From positions 124,001 through 188,000 of the forward strand of contig DF237007.1 in NCBI GenBank assembly GCA_000708835.1: a DNA stretch of 64,000 bases. Reading direction: 5' to 3'. Shown one piece after another: positions 11,201 to 22,980 of the stretch. Within the stretch, counting starts at the first letter, position 1. Each line of letters opens with the position of its first letter. The notes under the pieces are model-generated. The model made no database searches and was not told the DNA's origin. It saw only the letters and a list, made by a program, of their open reading frames with translations. The DNA is from Klebsormidium nitens (Eukaryota; Plantae; Klebsormidiophyceae). The position numbers were made by a program, and so were the translations under genes.

Positions 11201-13424
11201 ACGCCCTCGAGCGGCACGAGTGCCATTAATCCAGTTCCTTATCCCCCATCAGCTGGAACCTGGATCACCAGTACAGATTTTACCGTCTACATTCCGCAGG
11301 GACGCCCGTCTCGGCCTCGCCATGCTAGCCACCGCCTCGTCTCGCCTCAAGCAGCGAGGGCGGCCGTTGACTTTTCATTGTGCCATCTTCCTAAGCCCAT
11401 TTACCTTAACCTGTACCCTTAGACCAGATCACACCCATCTCAACCCTGCAGGGACGCCCGTCTCGGTCTTGCCATGCTAGCCACCGCCTCGTCCCGTCTC
11501 GAACCGTGGCACGCCCTTGAGGGGCGGGGGTGCCATTCTGGTTCCGTTAACCCGGTCCCTTGTCTCGAACTCCCCCAACCTGTTTTTATTACCCCCACCT
11601 AACTTAACCCGTCTCCTAAACCAATTTTCCCAAACCGCCTTCGTTTCAGGGACGCCCGTCTCGGCCTCGCCATGCTAGCCACCGCTTCCTCCCGCCTCGA
11701 GCCGTGGCACGCGCTCGAGCGGCGGGGGTGTCGGGCCGGGCTCCTTTTCGGCCCCCTCTGGGTGACCCCCCTCCTGGCGAAAGACGCGGGTCGCGCCGCC
11801 TGGGTAGCGCAGGCGTGCCGCACGGAAGGCCTCGTGGGGGAGTCGGTGAACCGCGTGTTCCCGCAACTAGGCATGGGCCAGGCGCGCGAGCTCGCGGCGG
11901 TGTGCCGGGACATGGAGAGGTGCGTGGTTTGGTCAAAGTTGTCATGCTTCTGCAGTGGTTGTCTTGTTGCCGTCTTGGAGGTTGAAACTCCAAATGCTGC
12001 AAGTCGCGAGCCTTTGCAGGAGCGATGCCAAAGTGACACGTGGCTTGACCATCTTACAGAATTGTGCGGCGTCTGAAAGGCGGGCCGACCACCACGGAGA
12101 CGGCCTTCCGTCATTGCTGCTTTTCATCATTGTCCAGGACCGAAGTTGTTCGAGGCTTGTCTTCATTTGCTGACGTCTGACTCTCCTCCACATTCTGGAG
12201 ACAATTCCTTTCCCAACGACTACCTTTTCGATCTTAGCAAACCAGAATGGACTAACGCTTAAAGCGTCCACAGTTCGTTCAACAAGGTAACCACCGTCGA
12301 GCTTTTTGGCCCTATTTTGCGATGTAAAGCTAGTCTTTGCCCTTCATTCCGCAGAGTCGAAAGCCAGTTAGAGGCGGAGTTGACCAAGCTGCGGACCGCC
12401 ATTCGGCCGTGGCTGCGGGGCACGCAAGTAGAGCCCCCCAGCATGACTGGACTCGTGCTCGGGAACCTGGGCGATGAAGTAGAGCGGCTGGCACTGCAGG
12501 TAAGAGCTTCTAGGAGTGTGAGTGTAAGGAAGTGCAGTTCTTGTTTAGGGGGCGTCCTGTGACTCGTAACGCCTTGGCGACCAAGTAGCTCATCTGCCCG
12601 CAGTCCGAGTCGCTCATTCCGGTACCACGTAATTAGATTCTCGGCGACAAGAAAGCAGAATATCATGCAAAGCGGCCGCCATGGTACCGTGTAGTTAGAC
12701 GCCCTCTTTAAGCCCCTGTGAGGAGCTCAACTCCTCTCGTCGTTTAGTAGGCCGGTTTCAAGTTTACGGTGGTATGAGTGACGCTGAAGAGGGCGGCACG
12801 CTGCATTCTGAAGATCCTTCTGCGTGCTCACGAAATGCATATTGCTTTTGGGGCCTGTCTCAGGAGTCGACCTTTTTCGCGTCCGAAAAGTGCGATTACT
12901 GGTTAGCTCCTAAGCGTCATGGTCTGTATAAGACTGCTAGAGTGGGGCACTCGAATCACAGGTCACCTTTGGTCGATCGTTCAGTCTCTTCCTTAACTCC
13001 ATTTACAGCCGTGGTAGTCCCTTTTGGACTACCACGTCAAGCAGTATTTTGCCATTCTTCTCGAAGCGGAAAGATCACAAGTCCTGCTCTCGTGGGGAAC
13101 CTCCCAGGGAGGAAACAGGTGCTGAACGTTTACCTAGATCTGACTTTCATCTGCATCTTTTTAATGACAATACCGGATTGCCCGGCCCCGGCTGACGCGT
13201 AACGCTCGCCCCCTGTTCAGGCGGACGCGTTACAGCTGCAGCTGTTCCAGCAGTGCACGGAGATCCTGACCCCCCTCCAGCTGGGCACGCTCCTGCTCGC
13301 GCTCATGGACCAGCGGATGCGACTACAGCGGCTCGGGTCGTTTTGGGAGTCCGTCGCCGCCGGACAGGACGTCATGACGGGCGTCCGAAAGCTGACGGGG
13401 CGCATGGCCAATTTTAATGCGTGA
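8276..13424 (+). CDS. DOG1-domain (TGA C-terminal-like) protein; exons join(8276..8432,9473..9730,10232..10418,11650..11919,12355..12499,13221..13424)
   Basis: The exons join in phase through GT-AG introns. The translation ...GPLWVTP...QARELAAVCRDMERVESQLEAELTKLR...LALQADALQLQLFQQCTEILTPLQLGTLLLALMDQRMRLQRLGSFW resembles the TGA/DOG1 pattern GMWKTP...RQADNLRLQTLQQMxRILTTRQAARALLAIxDYxSRLRALSSLW. I see no bZIP. Confidence 0.75.
10003..10113. repeat. 56-bp tandem duplication (2 copies) in an intron
   Basis: ctcttctctcgtacttacacataac(t/a)atc(t/c)gtaaagcacactccggcacattcct occurs at 10003 and 10059. Confidence 0.9.
10795..11730 (+). repeat. Tandem array (150-200 bp period) of splice acceptor plus exon-start copies preceding exon 11650
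   Basis: YAG|GGACGC... units start at 10955, 11142, 11300, 11452 and 11650 (the functional one), with a more decayed copy at ~10795-10858. Confidence 0.9.
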
Positions 13425-15943
13425 TTGCCGAAGAGCAGGGTTTGCAGGGTAAGCTAGCTGTCCGGGTGAGTACAAGCCCTGGAAAGCGTGTAGATATTGT
13501 CTTCAGTAGTTGGGCAGTCACCGGTGCAAATCTGGGGCATTTGCCAAGTTGCGAGGCTTTCAGGCAGAAAGGTCTAAAAGGGAGACCTGATGCAGGCAGG
13601 TTCTGTGAGTCTTTGGTCGAAAGGTAGTTCAATTATGCTCTATTCATGCAACATCGTTCTGGCAAAAGCAGTCGAAGAAGACCAGGCAAGGCAGGCTCCG
13701 CGCATCAATACTGACACACAATATGCATCACATCTGAGTTGCGCCACAAACAGTGGAGGATTTGCGGTTTGCTTAAGTTGACGGGTGTACCTGGTTTGCT
13801 CGCTTATGCATACACGTAACAGTAGGTAATGATCGCAGCGACCGTACCATGTAATTACACGAGAGTAAGTTGAAGAAATAGTGGCCTCGCGCGGCAACGA
13901 CGATTTCAAGTCCCGTTTCGGATGTAATGCGTGGCCTTTCGAATGATCAGGAGAGTAAGATCGATGCTGTCATCTTCGAGAAGAGTTGTGAATTGCATGG
14001 AGAGTATATTGTATCAGAATGGCGGCAGCTCTGCAATGCGAGGTTGAGCGTCGCTGGCTCACGATGATACGTGTGTCGCGAGCTTCATACCAGACATTGA
14101 GGCCGACGACTCGCGAAGCTGTAATCAGGCTTCCGTCTGACTCACGTCGGCTTTGCAGCAATGCGCGCGTACGTGCTTCGATCCAATGTAGACCTTCGTA
14201 GCAATCTGCACATCTGGTCAAGCTCGTATACCATGTGCGCGCTTGCCTGCCAGATCGATAAACCCTATCGATATCATGCGCGAAGATAGGATGATGTACA
14301 GATTTGAATCTGTCATCGAGCTAGCTAGGCCCGCGGTGGCGCCGTCAATATATGACCCGTCCAGTTTCTCCCTTTTCTAAGTTGATAGCACCGCATTACT
14401 AACTGTAACTTGTTCTACACACGTACTCGCTCCAATTAAAGCATGCAGCGAAGTGCTACTGCATGTAGCTTTCCAAATATCACACCACCCGGTCCGCGAG
14501 AGCGCAAATTAGTGCACTGGCGGGTAACGGTTTGTGGCCGTTGCATGCAATTACTGCTGGTTAACCAGCAGCTACGCGGCGCGACGGAATCTTATCAGGC
14601 AGTTCCTTTTGATAGTCCGACTCACAGGGCGGCTAGTTAGTAAACTGTCTACTTATGCCTTTGGAAAGATTTCAGAGGTCGAAAGTGCGTCGCTACCGCA
14701 TCCAGCACTTTGCCTCCCCTTAAGTTTCTTCGACGTAGCACACTCGACAAGTCCGCTCTCTCCAAGGAGTGCGATCCTGAGGCCACGGTACGCACCGCGT
14801 CATGCATTCTGCTTGAGGGCGGCTCACTTCTACTACAGCCTGACAAGTAATGTATATTATTTTGCAAATGTTTGCGCCCTCGAAGCCTGGTTTATGGCAC
14901 TGAATAACCGATATTTGCGTTAGGGTGAGCTTTGTCACTTCCCGGCCATAGATTTCTACACTCTAAACTTCTATCCGACTTTTCATACTCAATAACAAAC
15001 CTGGCTCACATCCTCTACTTACACAAATCTCTTCCTGAAGTAGTAGCCCAGTAGTAGCGGCCCATTGCGGCTAGGCTCCGGCAGAAACGGTACTCGCCTC
15101 TCAATCCTTCCAACGGCGTACTGGCTCAGAGCACGCCGCACCCACACGAAATTCTTCACACGACTCCTTTGACAAGACTTTATAAAAAGACCTTTTGATG
15201 ATGATATTGTGTCTTGGTCAGAAGTAAGATTGAAACGCATTACTCTGATTCACGGCCGGCAGCTGCATTGCTCTCAGCTATCTCCTCCAAACGGCGCTGA
15301 AACTTCACGTTCCACCTCGCCGTGAACTGCTTGATGAGCGCCTTAATTAAACTGGTTTTCGGCACGGATGTCCTGCTCCAGCACCGTGAGTTTCGGCTTT
15401 GAACAGGCACGTCTTAGTAAGACGGGGGAACTAGGAAGTCCTAGCTAGCTGAAGGGAGACACCGTTTCTCAACACAATCTACAGTGGGGGACCCCTTCGT
15501 TGGAGTTCGATGCGGGGAAACCCCATAAATGAGCCAGCCGGGCCCCCGCCGGCTCCGGCTCGGATCCCAGAGCTCGGATCAGAATGTCGTCATTGTAGCA
15601 CCAGAACAGCGGTGATCGTTTGTGTCAATTGACCTGTCACCTGATCAAGGCTGAGTCCTGACGCATCCGGCGCCAAAACTGCTTCTATGGCGTGTCCGAA
15701 AATTAACACCAGAAGGAAAGTTCAACATCGATGTATTTTCCGGTCCGCCAGGTGGCAGCTCAGGAATGAAAGTTGCTTGTCGACCGAGGAATTTCGGGAA
15801 ATGGGACGTCGCCCACAATGATTACAGTTCCTCACCGTACAACACGACCAAGACTGTAGACTCGGTAGACAGCTCCGAGCACCGCCTTAAGACCGGTTAA
15901 ATCTGCCGGGAGGGCAGGTGCCAGGCTGTAGCCTATAAACCAG

Positions 15944-16342
15944 CTAGGAGAACGAGTCCGAATGACCATGGAGGAGGCCGGTTGAGGAGCATCCAGTAGG
16001 TCCTGACCTCGGTTCCTTGGTTGCCGGGGCCCGGGAAGGTGCAAGCGGGGCGGCAAAGGTGAACACTGCACGCAGCACGAGGCAGTTCGGTTCGACCGTG
16101 ACTGTCCAAGCTGGAGCCCGAGAGTCAGACTCGGAGCCTGCCAGACACTCTTGAGTGTCAGTCAACCTGGCTGTAGAAGCCTCCAGGCTCAGCCAATCAC
16201 AGTCTCCAATTACTTCCGGTAGCTTATTAGTGTCAAAAGACATGTAGACAATGTCAGTCAGGACACCCCTGTGAAAAATGATGACAGAGATGACAGCACC
16301 TAATAGACTCAGAGAATCAACGAGGGGGACCAACATGACCAT
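15944..16342 (-). CDS. Possible small or decayed gene with a hydrophobic N-terminus, divergent from the 16745 gene
   Basis: ORF MVMLVPLVDSLSLLGAVISVIIFH...; I recognise no family, and it may be a remnant. Confidence 0.2.
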   Translation of the reverse strand: MVMLVPLVDSLSLLGAVISVIIFHRGVLTDIVYMSFDTNKLPEVIGDCDWLSLEASTARLTDTQECLAGSESDSRAPAWTVTVEPNCLVLRAVFTFAAPLAPSRAPATKEPRSGPTGCSSTGLLHGHSDSFS

Positions 16343-16744
16343 TTAATAGCTGGTACCTGTCTACCTTGAAGCATCATGGCAAGACAGAGGGCAGCTCTAG
16401 CTGTAGTTCCAGCATCAAGCAGGGCCGCCTCACTTGCGCTTCACCTTTTACGCAAACCCTTGAACTCGGAGCTGGTCCTCCAGCCGTTTTAGTCTAGAGT
16501 ATAATCAGGGATGTATGGGCGCCTTTCAGCAGAACAGGTCCTTGACTAGTTTTGGAGCAGAAGCTCATATGATTCGTCGGAGGTGGACTCTTTCATTCGG
16601 GGCACATGGGTGAACGGCTTTGGTCCTCCCTACCACCTACTTGAGTGTTCTGAGCTGCATAGCGCTGATCGGAGCACCTCTGTGCTGTCCTACTTAGTCA
16701 TCCCTCCAAGAACCAACTTACAACCCCGCCCAAGCTTGGACAAA

Positions 16745-19700
16745 ATGGCAGGCCGGCGCTTCTTCCCTGTGGCTTTTAGCCTCTTCTGCTTCTTTCTTGG
16801 GGCACTGCCAAGTGGACTCTCTGCTCAGGGCCTTGTTGCGGTCCCGTCCACAATGACCCACAAGCTGGGCGCTTACTACATCAGCGCGCTTGGGAAGGAC
16901 CTCACTTTCTACCAGCTACTGAACGGGCGCCACCAACGAGGGACCAACGCATACAACCTTGTCAATGGCATCGGGGACAGCGCAGATCCCATCCGAGCCG
17001 CCAAAGAAACCTCGCCGGTCCGAGGCTACTACAAGAGCTGGAGCATCGGGGGCCGGGTCATTGTCGATGTCTTCTACAAGCTCGTGCGATGCCCGGGCGG
17101 AGACCCTTCCAACTGCTTGGCCTTTGAGCGTATCATCCCTGTCAATGCCCCTCGCCTTTCTGGCGCTCCAGTTATTCCCACAGTGCTGAAGCAGAGTTTT
17201 GGGGTTCGCGGCCTGTGGCTCCTGAATGCCAACCAGGCTGCGGCCAACACCGTACTCAAGCAGCCGGCAAGTGAGGAGAAGTTATATGTGGACGACGTTT
17301 TTGACTCTGGAAGAATCTACTACAAGGTAGCGCCCCCGCCGCCCCCTTGCAGGTCTGCCTACCCCCAAACCTACCTCTATTCCATTGGGGAGTTCTTCGA
17401 CCGTCCGCAGTTCAACTGCGTACTTTTTGGGGGTGTCTATATCATGATGACCACTACTGATGAAGCAGGCTACACCGCAATGCAGCAGTATGGGACCTCG
17501 CCAGAAAACTGCGACGGGTCCCTTGCGCTGCTGTTCAACCTCATTGCTCCTCAGAGAGGTTTCCCTTCCTCAGGCCCACAGATTGTGTACCTTGCCCGGC
17601 GGCCAGGATCAGTTCCATTCACCCTTCAGCTAGCCTTCCCCTACACGCTCGATTGCGAACAGCTGCCTCGTAACGTGTCCCTCCTTCTTCAAGCTGCCAC
17701 CATCCTTGCTCAAGAGGGCAACGGAGTTGATGTCACCAAGAGCAGGGTAGGCAAAAACCTGGCCATACCCGAACCCATCACCTCCCTCGGTTTTGCCAAC
17801 GCCTGCACTCCTGTGTATGTGGCATACTACGGTGCCGCCGTCTGGGGACAGACGAATGGGATTCCAGAGACCAGTTCTGACAGCACCTTTCTAGAGACTC
17901 TCATCAGAACCAACGCGGGCGACACGTGCATTGCGGCCCCCTCAGTGAATGGTGGATTCTCGGGGCGGGACTATTTTGAGGACGCGTGTGCTCAGCTCTA
18001 TTTTGGGAACGCAACGCAGCAGCGGGAGGGGGTGGTGACTATGTTGCAGCTCGGTCCGACAGCTGTACCAGATCAGGTGGCATTTAATGCGGCGGTCAGT
18101 CGATGCGTCGGCAAAGGTGTATACACGCTTCCCATCCAAGGTATCCTTCCTCAGGTGAGTATCTCCCAAGCAGTGTCAACGTTTGCAATAGCTTTCGGAT
18201 CCAAGACTCTTCAAGATCGCCTATTGCAAGAAGTCAACAAAATTGGAAGTTATCCACATTTTTAAGTACGGGAGCCGATCAGGGTCTATTGCGTGAGGAC
18301 TTTAAGGCTGTCTCTGTCTCTGTCATTGCGCTGATGATTGTCAAGGGCGCAATCTGCAAACAAGCCTGAAGCCCATGTACTTGTCTGTCTCTTCCGAGAG
18401 CATTAAACGAGGCCCAACTTCCAAGAATTGTCTTAGTAAAAGAGAGAACTGATGGACATTTTAATCCGATGGACACGGTGACATTGTAGTGTGAGCTTCT
18501 GCTGACGTGTTGGGTTTTCATATGAGTCGTAGACAACGATCAGGAAGGATGAGCGGAGTTCGTCCCCAATCATCCCGGCGGTTACATCATTGGGAATATG
18601 AATACCAACATCTCAGGGGCATCTCAGTTATATAACTTGCAATCCTGGTTACCTGCTGGGAAAGGCGCCCCTGCCCCCTTAACCAAGAGCCGTGGTTAGA
18701 TCACGATAGATCGAACCGAATGAAGATTCTTATATCGTCGATTTCTACTGGCCGCGTTCCGAAACCGTGCTAACTTGAAGGCTTCTCTCATCCCTAGCCA
18801 ATCTCAATGCCACCGTTGCCTCCCGGGATCCCTGTCTTACGTCCCCCAATGAGCAGAGAGCCAACGAGCCCATGCCTCATCCGTTTCGTTTCATCCCGAC
18901 AGATTGCGATCGACTTTGACGCCACTAAAGCGTCCCTCCTCGCTTCCACCGAAGTCAAGGTCCACCTCGACTCGGTCGCCGCAAACGCCGCCTCCGTGGT
19001 GGCCCTCGAAATTGCCCTCGCCTCCTGCGGGGCGTTCGTCACGAGGACGATCGCCCGCTCTAGTTACTACCGCACGCGGCGCCTGTCCAACTTCACGGCG
19101 CGCCTGCTGGCGTGTCTCGCCACCCTAGTTGCGGTGACCGTTCTCAACGTGCCGAATTTCGCGCTGATCGACCGGTCACTGAGCAACCATCGCGCGCGGC
19201 GCGTTTTCGCCGCCGCGAGCTCGGCGCAATACAAGCCGAGCAACTGCTCGGCCGTCCTCCTCTCCGAGACGCACGCCTTCGTGACCGTCGAGGGCTCGTC
19301 GGCGACCGCGGTGATCGGCGTCGCGCTCTACGTCCTCGCCGCGTGCTACGCGGTGTGGGACACGTGGGCGCTCTTCGGTGACGTCATCAGGGGCAGCGCT
19401 GACGCACGGCGCTGCCTGGGCAACGCGACCGTGGAGGACGGGCGGCGCATCACGGTCGAGTGGAGGGAAACGGACGGCAGGTTGCACGACCTGCTCAACC
19501 CCGCGGCTGTCCTGAAAGCGGGCGAAATGGCTGACTACGAGCTGCGCAGCGCCAGGTTGCGCGCAACAATATGTGGCCGGAGAAGCGGGACTCCCCCCGG
19601 GCGGCGTTTCCGAGCTCCGGAGCCTAAGCATTTGCTGGCGGTGAGTTTGAAAAAATCTCGTCTGTGCTTCTCGGCTCTATTTCCCGGATAGTATCGCTTC

Positions 19701-20342
19701 CGGCGCCGCACACTTTCAAACCTAAGCAGCTGACGTCGATATGGTCCGTTCTGCATCAGACCTGCGCCAGTGGTCGGATCTATGATTTGTCTGCAGTTCG
19801 GAAACGGTCGGAAACTGGTAGAATCGGGCAACTGAGGTTGTGTAGCGTGCAGCTTCGATCAGCACAGTAATTGTGATCTCAAGATATCGATTACGCCTGT
19901 GAGCATTTCATCATCACATGTACTAATGTCTGAGACGAATACCTGATGACTGCTGCAACAAAACAGCTGCCGCCAAGTGACCCTGGACGTGATCGCGTGC
20001 TGCCTTTCTGTTCTTCCTGACATAATCGATAGACAATAGTTCACCCCGACGTGTCGAGCGGGAATAACGAAGGGCTGGCGAGCCAATCTTGCTGCTACAG
20101 CAGTCACGTTTTAGGCCTTTAGCTCTGGGGACCGAGAATCTGGCCGCACAAATTTGTTTGTCACGATGTTTTGCATCGTTTCCGCAAACTTGCTGTCATG
20201 TGGTGTGATGAAATTTGCCAGACAGAAATTTCTAATCAGTTTCCTGGCGCCATGGGCATACCAAGTGCTCCTACTGGTTGCAGGTCTGGATTTCACGCGC
20301 TGCTCGCCGTTTTCACAAATACCAGTGCAAAGTGGGTCGTAG
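16745..20342 (+). CDS. Signal-peptide protein with a ~450-aa ectodomain (possibly divergent Cache-like) and a C-terminal multi-TM region; exons 16745..18154, 18903..~19555 and possibly ~20116..20342
   Basis: Begins MAGRRFFPVAFSLFCFFLGALPSGLSAQG (signal-peptide-like). The donor CAG|GTGAGT at 18154 and acceptor CAG|ATT at 18903 are both phase 0. The second exon has hydrophobic segments (RLLACLATLVAVTVLNV; AVIGVALYVLAACYAVW). The 3' exons are uncertain. Confidence 0.65.
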
Positions 20343-21289
20343 CAGGATCCTCGATTGTGGCGTGAAATTACCCTTAATGCAGCGAGGTCGATAGGGCTCC
20401 TTGAGAAAGTGAAGAGGTGCCAAGTAAACATTCGGTGGACAATGAGCATACTGAAGCCAATCTTGATCATTACGGATCCTGTTGAGAAGTTGTTGAACAT
20501 GTGGTGACACTGTCGACCAGTTTTCAGAGTAGCGGCACATATTGGACGGTCAAAAGTCTTCCAACTATTTGGTATGTAAGGTTATGGGTCCCCAGAGCAG
20601 CATACACGTCCGCTGGCAGTGATCTGGCAGCAGCAAACGTCAAGTACGGTCATGAAAGTAACATGTGAGAGGATACGCGGGGCTACTGAGGGAGAGCGAA
20701 GGTTCTTGTAGATAGTGACTACTATCTTTCGCAGCTTGCGGCAAAAAGTCGTGCCGCTGCACGTACGTGCATAGTTCTTGAACTCAGGCTCCAAATTCTT
20801 ATACTCGATTGATTGGTTCAATGATGCCGCCAAAACCTTAGAGGTAAGATTTGGGAGGATCTCATGAGTTCTGTATAAGTCAAGGGCAAACCAGCGATAT
20901 CGATGCACGTCATTGCACTGGGCCACGTATAGTGACCGTCGCGACACAACTTACTTGTGGACGTGCTTCCATTGTGCTTTAATTGTGCTTGAGAAGCTCG
21001 TTGATCTGAATACAGGGTTTGCCTAACCTCAGGCCCAGACTGAAATAACATGCAATTGAAGGAGGAGCCAAGACGTTGAAGCGTACTTCATGCATCGCAG
21101 AAAGATAGGGCAGCAGCTCACCAACCACGCCTGCTCTTGCACTAGGTCAGGAGAGGACTGGTCTAACGCTCGCCATGGGCAGATCTTAGACGCGGAAGTA
21201 TAGTCGTTTCATATTCATAGCAGCTGAGCGCTCTATGTCATGCCCGCAGCCGCCCGCGCCCGCTGTGTGCTCCAGCCTTAGTACCGCTC

Positions 21290-22480
21290 AGCTGCGCATG
21301 CCAAGCGCGCTTGATGCTAACAACATCACATTCATAATGTCCAGTTTAAAGGTCATCTCTGAAGCAATTCTGCACCAATCCCTTGCGATGGCCTATAGCC
21401 ACACATCTTGAGCTCATTTTACAGAAATACCGTCTCAGGATCTGCAAGGCTGGTATTACTCTCCTCCGAGAATTACAGCTCATTGTCCGCCACGCTGTCG
21501 AAGCTCGGCAAGAGCACCGCGGCCGGCGTCGACCTCCGCGCCCTTTGCCGCCTCGCGGCCGCGGGCGACTGCCGCGCACCCTAGTCATTGAACCCCAAAA
21601 GGCGCGCGCCCGCGACGCTCTGGGGCCGCTTCAAGTTGCTGTTCGGCTGCTCGCTCCCAGCAACGAACGGTGATCTTGACGTCCCGGTCTGCGCTCGGGA
21701 GGATCCGGTTGCCCCGACAGAAGCTTCCTTGATGCGACGTTCGTCGACGACGAACTTCCTGTGACCCTCGTTCCGCTGATGGACGCCGGCGGCGACGGAA
21801 CCGCTTGCCACGTCATCCTGCTCGTGCGCGAGCGGGTTGCTGAACGCGCGCCACTCCGCCGGGCTCAGCAGCTTTTCCGGCGCCGGAACGGGCCTCACTC
21901 GAGGCGGCGAGTACAGATTCCGCCGGCGACGGACTGAGCGGGCGCTCCCCTCCAAACGGTTCCCCAATCCTTATCCTTCGAGTGCTCGTTCTCCGGACAG
22001 CATACTCGGGGCTTCCCAGCGCCTGCGGCGAGAAGCTCGCGTGTCTAGTTGGGCCCAGCGACCGGGGCTTCTTCTCAACCCCGCCGGCGCGGGGTTTGGA
22101 GGGTTGGCGCGGTCGCGGCCGCGGCCGCGTTCGCGTCATCTTCCCCACTGCCAGGGTCGGAGGTGTAAAACTCGACGGGGGTCTCGATCTCGACGGCGGC
22201 GGTGTAAGCGGCCCTTGAAGCCTGGAAGTGGTCCGTCACGAGGCGCGTCACCCCGCGGTGGCGCGCCGCGCGCGCGTGAGCGGCGCGCTTGCGCTAATTC
22301 AGAGACGGGCCGGGGAATGAATGTTCACAGGGATCGCTTTAAACAAAGTTCTGCTTCAGTATTGTAACATGTATCTGTATATATATCAAGCTGTTGTTCT
22401 GCTCCAGGGTTTCCTTTTCCTCAGAAACTTATTTAGCCGCTTTCAAGCGTCACGATCATGACCTGAGAGAGTCTCTGTTG
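21290..22480 (-). pseudogene. Duplicated, frameshifted copy of the SFI1-like last exon with flanking intron and 3' sequence (source ~31545-32770)
   Basis: Long near-identical blocks, e.g. acagaaata(c/t)cgtctcaggatctgcaaggctgg at 21421 vs 31670 and gcgtgagcggcgcgcttgcgct at ~22275 vs ~32565, with several indels that break the frame. Confidence 0.9.
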
Positions 22481-22534
22481 GTGATTGGGGGGAAAAGGGG
22501 GCCACAAGGCTCAAGTAACCCAAAAGCAAAAAAC

Positions 22535-22980
22535 AAATTGCTGGAAGAAGGCAAGATGATGAGTTCTGGGAGTCCGTTCTGGGAGGCCGTTGCCGGCGGA
22601 CAGGACGTCTGACGGGCGTCCGAAAGCTGACGGGGCGCATGGCGAACTTCAATGCGTAGTCTGAGAGCAGTGCTTTGTAAGGTTAACCAGAAGTGTCTTA
22701 TTCGGCATGGAAGTGTACAAAGCGCAGAACTTAGTTTTCTGAGAAACTGGGCGCGGCAATGAATGTTACACGTTTGGGCGCTTACCTTGTGAGGGTTATC
22801 CGGCAGGTGTTGTGATGGGCGTCCCGATGCGGGGAAACTCTGGTCAAACTCTGCGTGTAGCTTAGCTTGTAATCAAGCCGATTATAATTTATGCTGAACG
22901 GGCAGTGCCAAAGCAGACCTCGGAACTACATGTAACATATTCTGCGCATATGAATTCTGCGCACAATTTTCTGCGATCAT
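22535..22980 (+). pseudogene. Duplicated fragment of the DOG1-domain gene's last exon and 3' flank (source ~13320-13725)
   Basis: ggacaggacgtc(a)tgacgggcgtccgaaagctgacggggcgcatggc matches 13362-13410 with a 1-bp deletion. Weaker colinear similarity continues ~300 bp past the stop. Confidence 0.85.

Noticed and set aside
16583-18265. Intronless 560-aa ORF as a retrogene or recent HGT
   Set aside because: A strong in-frame donor at 18154 and a phase-matched acceptor at 18903 indicate a large first exon; the true start is more likely ATG 16745.
20313-20947. Minus-strand ORFs 20313..20540 and 20582..20947 as a viral or transposon gene
   Set aside because: No recognisable motif, they are short, and I found no supporting splice structure.
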